Source: Geosiphon pyriformis uo1 (taxonomy: Eukaryota > Fungi > Glomeromycota). From it: a stretch of 64,000 nucleotides of DNA. Both the position numbers and the translations under genes were made by a program. The notes beneath the pieces are model-generated. The model ran no database searches. It was not told the DNA's origin and saw only the letters and a program-made list of their open reading frames with translations. Shown one piece after another: positions 1-14,510 of this stretch. The stretch is from positions 248,001-312,000 of the forward strand of contig JAAOMT010000226.1 in the NCBI GenBank assembly GCA_016748015.1, given 5' to 3'. The first letter of the stretch is position 1. Every line of letters starts with the position of its first letter.

Positions 1-767
1 GAAACGCAAAAAAACGTGGTAAAAAAAATGTAATTTTAAAAAATCGGACAATTTTTTTTCGTGTTTATTTGTTTTAAAAAAATAACCGTTTACCGATAAA
101 ATTTATGTGTGATGTAATTATCCCTTCAAAAATTTTGACTGATCACATGCAATATCGTATCAACAAAAAATCATAATTTAATTATTATTATTATTATTAT
201 TATTTATTATTTATTATATTATAACAACCGCCCCGGATTACGGATTTCAAATTTTTTTTTTCACCTTTACTCCCTGTGTGTACTTGATATTATTAACACA
301 ACTGTGTTGATGCATAAGATAACCTATTTGGCGTTTCGAGAATGTCATTTCCTTGGTTGATTAGAGTCAATGAAAAAAAAAATTTTTTTTTTTTTTTTTT
401 TGGGTTTAGGTGACTTGTAATAAAGGTTAAAAAATGTGATAAAAATGTAAGAGAGGTTCATTGTTCAATATGTTTAAGAAATTTCTCAATCTTTCATCTA
501 AATATACCGAGAATTTTCCGAAAAAGACAAAGATAGAAATCGTAAAAACTTTTACACATTTTCTGCAAAAATCGGCGGTTTTCGAATTTGTGTTCCGGAA
601 GATAGGACTATTGAAAATATTGACAATTTTTTTTTATCTTGTTTCAGTTTTATTTATTTGTTCAACATTTTATGAACCAAACAAATATTTGTGACAAATT
701 TGTCATTTTAATGAGAAACAAATAGTTTGATTTTTTCTCTGCTTAATATGTAAAAAGTTGTTCTTCA

Positions 768-829
768 ACAATAACAATAACAATAACAATAACAATAACA
801 ATAACAATAACAATAACAATAAAAATAAC

Positions 830-880
<51 letters not shown>

Positions 881-899
881 TATAATAATAATAGTAATA

Positions 900-938
<39 letters not shown>
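768..938. repeat. (AACAAT)n/(AAT)n microsatellite
   Basis: Directly visible; it explains the poly-N/I/Y ORFs at 743-992. Confidence 0.95.
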
Positions 939-941
<3 letters not shown>

Positions 942-2675
942 GAAGTAACAAGGCGATATCTTTTTATTTTGTTCATTTATAAAACTTGGCAAAGATTTTA
1001 TTCATTCATTAACTAATATATCCTATTATTTCGATTATCAATTCTTTTTTTTTTCTCTTATTTTCTTTTCATTTCTTTTCTTTCCTTCTTTTTTTTCTTC
1101 TTTTTTTCTTCCAAAGATTATTTATTCGACATATAGATTTCTTAAATATCTCGTTCAATTCAGATATCATGAATGTTTTTCTTCTATTTGATGGTCAACA
1201 ATTTTCGAGAGAGATTTGAATGTTGTCGTTAAAAAAATAATAAAAATAATAAAAATAATAATAATAAAAATAATAATAAAAATAAAAAAAATAAAAAAAA
1301 TAAAAAAATAAAAGAAAATAAAAAAAAAAAGATTTTTCGGGATCTGTTCAATGATTATGCAAATCAGCAATAAAATTTTTTTAAAACTTGCTTCAAAAAT
1401 TATTTCACTCAATTAAAAAAAAAATTCAATTATCACTATTTTTATTGTTACCAGATGATAACTCTTAAAGTACAAGTTTTTCAATAGCCTAAAAAATTTT
1501 TTAAAGTTTGAAATCAAGTTTTCCTCAATAAAATTTTTTAAGGAAAACAAAACCAATCAACTAAATTCTATTCATCATCACTATCATTGGAAAGTATGTG
1601 TGTGTGTGTGTGTATGTGTAGGTTAAAAAGAGAAATGGAGGCAGGAATATAATGCAAAGGAAAAAAAAAATACAAAATAAACTCGTCTCTTTTGAATTAA
1701 TAACATCATAAAATATTATAAATTTGATTTTGATTTGATTTGAAAAAGAAAAAAAAATAATAACCAAAATTTTAATATTATCGGGAGCAACTTTGATAAG
1801 GTACGATGACGATAACGGTCAAATTTCAGATTTACGGAGGTTGTGGGATAATTCTCAAGTTTTGAAGCGGGGAGTACAATCAAAAAAAAAAAAAAAAGCG
1901 GATATGCGCAATTTCAACAAGATATTCCAAATGAGCGCTCCAATCACTCCCTAATTGAAACAATGTAGAAGAAAGCGTCTTTTTAGTCCGACAAATTTTC
2001 ATTATACTCAAATGGTGAATTAACAATTAACCCTAATCTTTGTACATTATTGAAAGCTTTATCAATAATTAAACCGGGTATCAAAAAAGTAAATATTGTC
2101 GATAAAAAAATTTCAAATAACAATTGATTTTTAAATGTTTATTTTCAATTGGTTTTTTTTAGTTTCTTATCTTTTGTTACACGTAAGCTTTTTTATTCTA
2201 GAATCCGTAAACGTTCTTGATTGTCGGTCTTTTTGGGAATACTATAAGGTTTTATGTAATACAACAAGGATTGACAAGATACTCATGCTTTTTTCGAAAT
2301 CAATTTTTTTTTTTTGTTGTTATAAGAATGTTCCGAAACAGCCTAGGCAAAAGAAAAAATTTCTCACTCCATTTAAAAATACGGGTGATAGTGAGTTAAA
2401 AATATTATCGTTATACCATGTGAAGAATCATTTCTCAAATAATAATGATGATGATGATTATGATGATCATGAAAAGGATGTTTGACTAACTTGAAATTTT
2501 TTTTTTTTGATATCACATTGAAAAATAATTAAGGTTTTTTTCTTTTTTCAATTGAATTGTTTTTTTTTATACAATCGAAAATTATAATTGTATAGGGAAC
2601 GTAAATAATTGTTTATAATTGAAATTTACCCAAGAATAATAATAAATAATTGGCTAGGGTATTGTAATCTTAATT

Positions 2676-2800
2676 AAAGATTATTATTTATTTATTTATA
2701 TATTTTATAGAAAATTCTGTAAATTATTTTAAATAATTACGAAATCAATTTAAAATTGATTTCGTAATTGTATTAATTAAAAAATAAATAAATAATCTTT
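2676..2800. repeat. Inverted repeat/palindrome (possible MITE relic)
   Basis: Perfect 17-bp arms AATTACGAAATCAATTT-A-AAATTGATTTCGTAATT at 2735-2769. Imperfect outer arms AAAGATTATTATTTATTT (2676) and AAATAAATAAATAATCTTT (2800). Confidence 0.7.
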
Positions 2801-3240
2801 TACTAAATTTGAAAAAAAAAGGTTATCTATTTATCTACTTTATCTAAACCCTGGATTGAATTAATGATTATTATTATTTTTTTTTTAAATCTTGTTTTTT
2901 TAATCGTTTGTTTTTGCAACTTGGACAAAAAAGTATTAATATAATAATGAAATAAATAAATATGTGAACGCAATAAAATTTTTTTTTTATATTATAAAAA
3001 CCAAAAAATTTTCTACAATTCACATAATGTGTGTGCGTGTGTGTGTTTATATATTGTGTTTTTTTTTACCTTTGAAATGAATTAAAAAAAAATTTTTTTT
3101 TTAACCAACATTTATGATAAATTATTTTCAAGAATTTAAAAATCAAATCAATTTTTTTATTGTAAATTTGAATAAATTTTAAATTACAGCGACCGTTGAT
3201 TGGCATATATTCATATAGGTATGAATATTTTGAATATTTG

Positions 3241-3382
3241 TATAGTGTTACCTTGGCTGGCTCGGATGGCTGGTCACGTGCGGACAAAGGGTGAACTGCA
3301 TCTATCATAAAATGTATTTAGTTTTATATATGTAGATAGTGGTTAGGCATCACTTCGTTAAGCAATAAAAAAAAAAAAAAAA
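3241..3382 (+). mobile_element. Poly(A)-tailed dispersed repeat, copy 1 (5'-truncated LINE 3' end or SINE)
   Basis: GC-richer ~125-bp core GGCTCGGATGGCTGGTCACGTGCGGACAAAG...CACTTCGTTAAGCAATAA followed by a run of about 15 A. A similar copy lies at 21907-22034. Confidence 0.65.
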
Positions 3383-3863
3383 TTATAAAAACAAAAATCA
3401 ATAATTGATTTTATTGATTATTGTGTTTTTATTTTTAATTTTTTAATTTTTATATATGCAGCTTTTGAATAATGAAATATTGAAATATTGAAATAATGAA
3501 TAATGAAATAATGAAAATTGAATAATATATAATGAATAATGAATAATAAATAAAGAATAATGCATGATGCGTAATAAATAAACAAGATTTTTTTCTTAAT
3601 AGTCAATTATCAAATTAAAAAGTAACATGTAATAGAATCCTAATCTCTAATATCATTTGTCTATCTTTTTGTAACATGATACCATTAAAAAAGTGATAAT
3701 CATACAATAAAACCAAAACTCATTTCATTGGCTTCCGGTAATTTTAAACGTTTTTTTTTAAAATATAACTGAATTCACAAAGTAAAAAGGATGATATAAA
3801 TTATAATAATAATAATAATAATAATAATTATTATTACCATATATATATATCATTTATGATATT

Positions 3864-3903
<40 letters not shown>

Positions 3904-4111
3904 TCGTTACCCAATTTTATTTCAACAAAAAAGTGCTGACAAAGCATGCTGAACACAATTTCCCCAAATATCACTTTGTGACGCGTATTCTAATTTTTGA
4001 ATTGGAAAAAATGACCAAATGTTTTAACGATAGTCCTAGAATAACAAGACACAATTTAGAACGTTTAGATTATATATATATATTTATGACAATAAAATTT
4101 TATTATTATTA

Positions 4112-4169
4112 AACAATAACAATAACAATAACAATTAAAATAACAACAACAACAACAACAACAACAACA

Positions 4170-4233
<64 letters not shown>

Positions 4234-4260
4234 TTACTACAACTACTACTATTACTACAA
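4112..4260. repeat. Compound (AAC)n(TAC)n microsatellite
   Basis: Directly visible. Confidence 0.9.
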
Positions 4261-4672
4261 CTTGAAAGCCTTTTAAGTTTCAAATACTTCAAAAAATTAG
4301 CTTGTTGATTTCGGAATAGATATCCTTTTAAAATTCCAGGAAAACAAGTTTTTTAAAATATTGGATTTTTTTTAATGTAAACTTTCTAATTAATTTTTAG
4401 TATAATGTAATGCTTAAACTTTTTTTTAATTCAATTATCATTGTAAACGTATAAAAAAGATAATACTTTTACATGAATGGTTAATTTAAAGAGAGAAAAA
4501 ATAAAATTCAATCATTTTTAAACTAGCATTCATATATATATATATATATTTATTATATCAATTTTTCCTTTTAATATTTTGAAATAGAATTTTGAAGTTA
4601 GAATCTTTTATAAAGTATCCAAAATTGATTAAAAGAGATTAAAACTATTACGAGTTATTTAATGATTAATTA

Positions 4673-4707
<35 letters not shown>

Positions 4708-5339
4708 AATTATAATTTTTTTAGTGAATTTATCTCCCCGGGTAAACCCCTTGATCCGAAATTTCACAGGTTTTTGTGCAGTATGATATCAGGGTATCAA
4801 TCGTTTATCACAAAATATATAAATTTTCAAGATCAACTTAATATGATTCGGATATAGATGGTGTCATTAATTATCTTAATATAAAATTATTTTTTTTTTA
4901 AAAAAAAAAAAAACTTTTTTCAACTAACCAATTATCTAACCAAACAACCGATCATTATTATGTTTAGGGTCTTTTGGATGTTTTTTTAAAAATGGTAAAA
5001 CCATATTTATTATTAATCACTCACCCCTTTCATGATCAATTTATATATATATTTTTAAAAATTCTATTCAATAGAGACCTCCCTCCTTTCCCCCTCCCCC
5101 CCTCCCCCCCTCTCCCAAACTTGCATAAATGAATAAAGTATTTTTTGTTTAATCTTTTTACTTAGGTAAGCAAATAAAATTTTTGTTTCATCAAGATTAT
5201 TGGTAAGGTTAAACTAACGATTTTTCATTCAGAAAAGATTCGTTTTAAACCTTAATCAATTTAAATCGTTTTTTTCATTTGTATCCGTATTTTTTTATTG
5301 TAAAAATAATATATAACAAAATTATTTGAATGAAACTTT

Positions 5340-5439
5340 CATACATACATACATACATATAATACATAAAATACATCCCATACATCACATACATACCATA
5401 CACACCATACACACCACCATACATACATATATACATACA

Positions 5440-5475
<36 letters not shown>

Positions 5476-5478
5476 TAC
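5340..5478. repeat. (CATA)n-type microsatellite
   Basis: Directly visible. Confidence 0.85.
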
Positions 5479-6158
5479 AATCAAATATTTTCAAAACTAA
5501 TTTTTTAACCTTGACCATAATTGTGTTACTGCTAGTTTAACAGATAACGAGGAAAGAAAGATTTTGACGTAATCAATTTATTTTATTTTTATTTTTATTT
5601 CATAAAAATGAAAATAAAAAAATATTTTTCTATTACCACTTTTTAGGAAGGTTATAATCAAAACATTGTGTAATGATGTCGTAAAATTTTGTTTTCGTTA
5701 AAAAATTTATCGCTTACCCAAAAATGATGATCAGAAGACTCTTAAAAATTTTTTTTATTTTCTGACAGGAGCAGATGGGATCTTTTTTGATTCATATAAA
5801 AAAAAAGATCTTCAAAACTTTCTTTGATAAGCTTAGCATTTTCACAATAATTATTGAAAATCTCATTGTATATATGCAGTTCAGGAAATCTCATCTAATT
5901 TTTACCAATACTTTGAAGGTTAATTTAATTTTATGTTATAAATTTTTTTTGAAAAAAAAAAAAAAAAAATTATTCCCAGAAAGTTTTAACGAAAAAAATA
6001 GAGAAAAAAGAAGTTGAGACCGCTTCTCAAAGAATTAAAAAAAAAAAAAACGATTTTGTCAGCATGTTGATCTATTATTAAATTATCAAAAAATAAAAAA
6101 TAAAAACTCTGATTATGACGAATGAGTATTAATTCATCATCTCAGAATTTCATTCATG

Positions 6159-6197
<39 letters not shown>

Positions 6198-8541
6198 TCT
6201 ATTACTTTTTCTTCTTTATTTACATGATATCGCGCGTTTTTATCCTAGAAATCGTGTAGTTTATAATGATTCGGATATGTATTTACTATTTTTATAAATT
6301 TTCCGAAAATTTTAAATTTTTTTTTTTAGAAGATTCTATCGTTTTACTTGATACCTTTTTTTTTTTTTTTCAAAATAATCAAATAATTGATTCTTTTAAA
6401 ACGGTCTAAACAAATTAGTTCAAAAATGTATTTTTTCAAAAATCTGATGTCAGTTTATGTCTGAAAAAAATTTCATAATCCCCCTTTTAAACAAATAAAG
6501 TTAAGAAATTTCTATTGTTGTGATTCCTCATGGTTCATAGATGGATGATAGTAATAGTAAAAAATTCTATTAAAAATTCTTAACAATTATTAAAGTTAGA
6601 CAATAAAATTATTCATCTAACTTTTTCAAAAATTATCCTTCATTTAGATTTAATATATCGACCATTTTTTAACTTTTTTCAAACATTGGTTCTTTAAAAA
6701 TTTTTTGATTATGTAACTTATCTTATCGTTATGCAAGTTTTTTGAGATCCACATCAATTAAATGGTAGATCAAACCCGTACTCTGGTTTTTTCTTCTTAT
6801 CAACCAATCAAGATGGGTTAAAAACATCATTTTTTTTTTAAAAAAAAAAAAAGGATTAATGATATCATTAATGATATTTTTATATGATTGTTTCTGCCCT
6901 CTAAATTTTCTCATTCTTTTCTTATCGATTTCAAACCAAAAAAAAAAAATTTACACATTCACAACAGGCAAAAATAATTAATATTGAACATTTCGTGTCA
7001 TTAAAATTTATTATTATTATTACCCTATCCATATTTTGCACTACATGTAACTTGATAAGGTCTGTTCTTGAATAAAATAATATGACTACGTACACCAAAA
7101 AATTGGCATGCGAAATTGAGAGAAGATAAGCTGATCAGCAACTTATACGATACAACATGTGATTCTGGGATTTTTTTTTTTAAAAAAAAAAAAGCTAAAA
7201 AATATCCCCGAGAACTATCTAACTGTGAAATGAAAACATACATTACCGCCCGATGGTAATGTTACAACTCGTAAAATGGAAAACCAAATTTTTATACATA
7301 CTTTTCTCACGAAACTTATCTATTCCAAAGATAATTATGGTAAAGATCAGTGATGTTAATTACAAAATTGGTAGCATGGTAAATTGTCTCATTTTGGAAG
7401 AGGAGAAGCAATCAAAGGACCAGTAAAAAAGAGTTAAATTTAACAGCTCTTGCTTACGTACTTTAAACTTCAATGATTAATTCATGATCCTTTAATTTTT
7501 TCCAATTAAAATAAATCACTATTATGTTTTTTCCAAAAACAGTTTAGATCTACCAGATGCAATTTATGATTTTGAACAATCCCCCACAATGCTTGTTGAA
7601 CGTGTACTCGAGGAAAGGAAATAATTAACAAATTTTCTTTCTTTCTTATGATCTATCAATGAGTCAGCAATCATGATTTACAAACCCGTCAAAAAAGTAA
7701 ATATTCTCAATAATGGTATTAGACATTGAGCATTTAATTTAGCAAATAAAAATTTTTTTGGCACTTCTTTTTTTACGGCTTTTTGATTTAGCCTGCTAGC
7801 CTGCTTGCTTGCTTGCTTGCTTGCTTGCTTCATTAAAAAAAAAGAAAAAAAGAAGGAAAGTATCAAGAAAGGTAACTGCATTTAGATAAATTTGGCTAAT
7901 CCGTTAGCAATCTATTCACCCTTTTTTTTTTTATTTTTTTAAATTTAACTTTTTGTGTATGACAAAGATCTTTTGAAAAATATCCTTATTTCAAAAGAAA
8001 GACAATCTTTAATTGGTACAAAGCTCTTTGAACAGAATTTGCCTGAGAAATAAGATTTTTTTATGACATTTTGCGTTTCGCGATTTTCACTAATCGTATT
8101 ATCTTTATTACATAATTACCGGAAATAACATTCTTAAACGGGAGATAATCGGGCCAAGAATTAAGGAGGAAACCTTTTTTTTTATTTTTTTATTTTCTTT
8201 AAGAAAAAAAGTTAGATTAACCACGAGTCACAAAGCTTTTTGCTTTGCTGCGTTCCCAATAGGAAAAATTTTGAACCATTTTCAAATAGTTATTATTATG
8301 AAAAATCTCCGTTATCTGATATATGCTCAAAGATTTTTAAAAATATTTCTAATATCATAATGAATTGGAAAATTAAAATTCGTTTTTGGTGGTGCACAGA
8401 ATGGGAGGTATACGATTGTAAGCGAGATGATAAGTTTTGGTGAAACAAAGATTTATTCCAATTTCGTAAATATCAAAAAGGCCAATATGTTAATGAGAAT
8501 ATTCTGTGATTAAAGTTTGAAATTTGTTTTAATTGGAAACA

Positions 8542-8582
<41 letters not shown>

Positions 8583-9483
8583 TTCTTTCTCTATAGAAAT
8601 TTTCAAAACTTTATTCTTTTATGGTTGACAATTCAAGAACTCTGTTGATAAGAAATAATCTAGTTTTTACACAACTCAAAAAACCTAAATTCAGAAAAAT
8701 CTTAGCCAAAGCGTGAATCTTATGATCGATATCAATGTTACGTTTTTTGGACGAGAAACAAATATCAAATTTCTTGAAACAATGTTCACACTAAATACCA
8801 CCATCCTGCAAACTTTGCCCAAATAAAAATAATTAAATTAAAGTTTATAGGTCATTTGATTGTGTACTTGAAAAGGATTGCGGAATCCAAAGAATTGACG
8901 CGGTTTACCAAATCACTTTAATCTCAAGTTCCGATAGACGGGAATTGGCGGGAGTCAAGCGGTCGCTCAATTATTATAGTAGCAAAAGTTGTGAGCAGAT
9001 TTTCAGGAGATAATGTACATTTTACAGCTTCACAAAATTTACCTCACGGAGAAAAACTTTTTACCAAAAATATTGATGATGGTGATGGTGGCCATGATGA
9101 TGATGATGATGATTTCTTCATTACCCAAAGTTGATGATAAATTCTTGTATACCGATTAGGGTATGAGAACGCAAAGCTTTGAAATCGGGGACATTATATT
9201 TCACAAATTTATTAAAAATTGCCTCATAATTAGTTTTTCTCGTTGAATGGCAAAGAGTGGCCTTATGGTTATTTTTCATTTCTCATTGGTGGGGGACAAA
9301 AATTTTTAGAAAAATAATAAGTGATCGACATACAAAAATGTAAAGATCATCAACAAACATATCTATTTATCTCCGAATCGACAAGTTAGTCATGAATAAT
9401 TAAATTTGTATGTGTCCCGATTATTTTTTTGAGCTGCTTGACGAAATTTTTTATATAAATTTGTGACCGCCTGTCGTTGTTGT

Positions 9484-9517
<34 letters not shown>

Positions 9518-10040
9518 GGAAGAATGGTGGTTGGGAATTTTTTTTACATCATGTTCCCTTTTCAATTAATAACATCAAGTAATAAGGTGAAATATCGATA
9601 ATTTAAGTGAATAGCTCTTTCGGTTTTAAATTTTGTTGTTGTTGTTGTTATTGTTGTCATCTTGAATTTAACATAAGTGAATCATTTTTTCCTTATACCC
9701 CATTCTTTTGACTCTTGGGATATGGCAATATATCAAGACAAGAATTCTCAATCATTAAAAGCATTCAAGAGTACATATCACTTGATAAAATTATAAGATA
9801 TTATGCAATAAAGGTAAATTTTCTCAACTTTTTTTTGTAGCTGCTTATTTTGTTGGTTTTTTATTACCCATAGCGTTAGCACCTTTCATTGGTTTCGATC
9901 ATAAGTGAATAATTACATAAATATATAATACATACATACATACATTAGAAAAGGTGACATTCTTATTGAAATATGTTTTCTTAAGTGGGAAAAGTAAGGT
10001 TGAAAATAAGAAAAAAGAAAAAGGTGCTCCCACAAACGAA

Positions 10041-10290
<250 letters not shown>

Positions 10291-10707
10291 GAAATTTAGC
10301 ATTAGGCAGAAAGAGATTGCGTTTTAACTCCTTCACTTGCCAACCATCATCGATCCTATATTTTCCCTTTTCGTGTGGCTTATGCTGAAGATTGAAGGAA
10401 TTTGTGTGTTGATTCGCGGCAATATTGGCGATTATGGAATCCGAAGTAAGGAAAAAAGACACCTTCAAAATTGCCTCTATCCTCAAAAATGTGAGAGTTT
10501 TTAAAAAAAACCGTGTGACTGACAAATATAAGATACAGAAAGGCAAGAATTATGGAAAATAATATAATATTCTATATAAAACAAAATTATATGGGGAAAA
10601 AAAAGGTGAGGTATGAAATTATTTAATTTTTTAAGATTATTATAATTGAAAAATTGTCCTTAACACACCACCCAATATTCATTTCTTAATTAAAAAAAGG
10701 AATCTTT

Positions 10708-10988
10708 TTATGGATTCATTGAATAAGAATTGCAAGTTTCGACTCCAGTTAACATTCCAGCGGTATGTCCTGCAACTGACCTGACCTCTTCTTGCAATGA
10801 GTAATATTCCCCCGATTTATTCTTTGCGAGATGTGCTACTTTTTGAACCGCTACAATTACTTGACATGGTGAACGACGTGAAGATGGGAAAGATGTCGTT
10901 TGAATGTGAACTTCACTCCGGCAAAAGAGCGGGTACTGATTTTCAAGAAAAAGAAAAAAGAAAAGTTAACTCTTTATTCATTCATTCG

Positions 10989-11022
<34 letters not shown>

Positions 11023-11750
11023 CCTCCTGATGAATTTTACTATTTACAAATGTTGAACTAAGACCTACTTTTTGGTAAAATGCGTGAGAATCTTCAGCGT
11101 GAACATCAACTCGTGCATCTATTGCTGAAAGGTCGAAAACATGTCCGTACTGGACGTTAACCAAAGCTCGAGAGATTCTATCAAAAGCACGAGGCTCTAT
11201 TATAATTAAAGATAAATAGAGAGAAAAGGCCTGGTTAGCCAAGGATTCAAAACAACTTTTTACGACAAGAATTATAACAAAGTTTTATTGCCCAAAAATT
11301 TATGTTGACAAAAAAAGTGTATGTATAAAGAAAAAAAAATTTGACACTTGCCTTGTTTTAACTTGCTCATTATCTCTTGTGCGTTAACTTTTGCAAAATT
11401 TGAAATAATCGGGATGTCGTCCTCAGAGGAAAACTTTTCGGCGACCCAATTTTTTAATATATCTGATATCGGTTCACAGACTGGATGATTGTTTTCTTGA
11501 TTCGCTAACTAATTATCAAGGAGAGAATCAAAAGAACAATATTAATACTGAGAAACTAGTGGCAGAAAACTTTGAGATCGACCCATGTTGAAGGAAAAAG
11601 GAGGAGTATACATACAACCAAAGGAACCTTTGTTGTTTGATCAAAGAAGTAAATGGTTCCATTAGAGAAGAAGCATTGTGGCGACTTTTTAAAGTCTTTT
11701 ATTTTTGCATCACTTTGAAAAGTACAACCATTGTAGTTTTCTTGTTCCAT
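10708..11750 (-). CDS. Spliced hypothetical protein, 215 aa (exons 11750-11616, 11508-11352, 11196-11069, 10935-10708)
   Basis: Four exons join in frame (648 nt, ATG to TAA). Donors GTATGT, GCAAGT and GTAGGT, YAG acceptors, and a GCTAAC branch site in intron 2. Protein MEQENYNGCTF...KVPLV|LANQENNHPVCEP...KLKQE|PRAFDRISRALVNVQYGHVFDL...AFYQK|YPLFCRSEVHIQ...SMNP. No family recognised. Confidence 0.75.
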
Positions 11751-12444
11751 TATTGAAGAGAGTTTTTTTGATAAAAGCTTTTGTTTAAAGATAAAACTAG
11801 TATTTGAAGTAAAAAAGATTGAAGTCTTCGTTTGAGGTTTTCAGTAAACCTTTTAAAAAAGCTTTTTATCCAAAAATCATGAATATTTATATCTAAAATT
11901 TAGTCACAGTGATCAAAGAAGCATTTGTCACATGTCACATGTATATTTTAAGTATTATAATCGGTGTTTTTCTATATGTATTTTAATAATATATCATGTA
12001 TCGGGGATAAATTGTGTTGAATAGATTAGAATAGAATAGAATAGAATAAAATAAAATAAAAATAACAATAATCTCGGGGAACACCGATTTTCATATATAA
12101 AAATGTATTAACCCCCCACTTTCCTTTTAAGGAACATTTTTTGATTTTATTTCGGAATGATAAGGAATCTTTCCTAATCATCTTGTTTATTCAAATATTT
12201 TATTTTGAAAAAATAAAAAACATTAAGGCAAAAAAAAATTTTTTTTTTTTTTAAAGCTTCGCGTGATTGATCTATTTTGTTTTGGTTTGGTTTGGTTTTA
12301 TTTTGTTGATTGAAGTTGATGGATTCGAAAAACATCAAAATTTAGGAATCGACGATAAATGATGCATTTTCAATCATTTTTATCTTACGTACCTATTTTT
12401 TTAAATGAGGATATTTTAAATTCAAAATATAAAATCATGAAAAA

Positions 12445-12498
<54 letters not shown>

Positions 12499-12958
12499 TG
12501 TTGTTGAGATTAAAACATAAAGCCGTATCAGTCTTTTGCTATCGATGACTTAATATCTACTTTGATAAACAATGGAAAAAATTGTTTCTCTACCTGTTTA
12601 GATCATAATTTTTATATACACATAACCATGAAAAACCACATTCTAGGAAATTGTTATGAATTGTGGGGGATTCTCAAGGGCTGTATCACGAAAGAAATTA
12701 TTGTAAATCATTATCATATTATAAAGGAGTACAACGTGTCTTTTTTGAGAGAACAATCAAGTAAAACATTTCCATTCTTTTAAATCATCGTCGTCTATAT
12801 TATAGAAAACATTCTTTTATATACTTGTTCCTTTTCTGGATGAAAATAAATTTTTAAAAGAAACATTTTAAAAAAAAATCAAGTTCAATTCTTAAAAGTT
12901 AAAATCTTTTTTGAGATTCTAGAAAGACTTATCATCTCTCGATTGAATTTCTTGATTA

Positions 12959-13030
12959 ATAATAAGAAGAATAAGAAGAATAAGAATAAGAATAAGAATA
13001 AGAATAATAATTAATAATAATAATAATAAC

Positions 13031-13073
<43 letters not shown>

Positions 13074-13085
13074 GTAATAATAATA

Positions 13086-13174
<89 letters not shown>
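12959..13174. repeat. (AATAAG)n/(AAT)n microsatellite
   Basis: Directly visible; it explains the poly-L/Y ORFs. Confidence 0.95.
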
Positions 13175-13176
<2 letters not shown>

Positions 13177-14448
13177 AATGGAAGATAAAATTCTATCAAA
13201 AAAAAAATACAGCATGTGATTTCTAGATCTGTTCCCTGTTATCGTTATTATAATGGTTGAAAAGTTTGACAGGAAATATGGCGGCGTGAATCGACGATTG
13301 AAAAAATATTGATGTCCGGTTAAAAATCGCGCGTTCTATTCCAAAGAGATCATCTATCTTCAAAGAAACGTGACGGTATCTTAATTAATTACAAAATTTT
13401 AATCCGAGATTACGAATAATTAAAAGATAGCAAATATCAAATAGATTTGGGATCAAAAAGATTGTAATAAATTTCACAAGATATAATGATAACAATAACT
13501 ATTTTATTTGTACTTGTAATAAAAAAACCCAAAGATGGAAATTGTTTAAGTTTGCGGGGGATTCACGGGAAACATGATGGAATATTTCTATATCGAAAAC
13601 TTTCAAGTTTCTCGATAAAGAAAGATTTGAACCTGTCACAATTCCAGATTCTTGAAATATATTTTTTTTCAAAACTCGTGTTGATTTTCGCACAATTTTT
13701 TTCCCGAGATTTTGTTGGTTTTTGAATCATTCTCATTTGGGAATGACAAAGTTATTGCACCATTTATGTCACTTCTTACAGCAGCAGCAGCAACAGCAGC
13801 AGAATAAACAATCAAAAAAACTTTATTTTCAAAATTTGTTAAATAGCACCGAATGAATGAATGAATGAATGGAATTAACCAATGTGACACGTAGTAGACC
13901 ATTGATACCCTTTGATACTGCGTTACCCTTTGTGAAAGTTTTGATATCTCTTTTACCTGATATCTGTACCTTAAACATTTTTGTACTATTTATTGTTAAC
14001 ATTCCTGCTCATCCCTGTTACCATCCAATTTTTATGACCAGTTCATCTAAAAACAAAAACTTGCGTTCTAATTGGTATGATCTAAAAAATTATTTTCTCA
14101 ATTAGTATTCTGACCTGAATTATATGACAGATCTATGAAAAATTTTCTAAACATATTCAGATAAATATGGGAAAAGACAAAGTTTTTCAGCGAATAACAA
14201 AATATTTGATATTATTTTTGCCCAAAAAATTTACAAAAATAGTTTTAACTCAATTTTAATGTTGTTAATTAGAAAAGGTAAAAAATTTGAATTTGAATTT
14301 AAAAATAGCAATTCGATCTCTTATCTGTTTCGTGTAAATTATGCAAAACTTGAAAATTTCATAATATAAAAAAAAATAGATTTCTTGATTTAAAAAAGTA
14401 AAAAGGGTTAAAAATTATTACAATTATTCAATTTCAATATATTTCCGA

Positions 14449-14510
<62 letters not shown>

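Noticed and set aside
7083-7624. Possible small plus-strand spliced gene ending LPDAIYDFEQSPTMLVERVLEERK
   Set aside because: No stop-free splice path found and no recognisable motif. It could be a relic but is unsupported.
13669-14105. Overlapping short ORFs
   Set aside because: No consistent exon chain; includes simple repeats.
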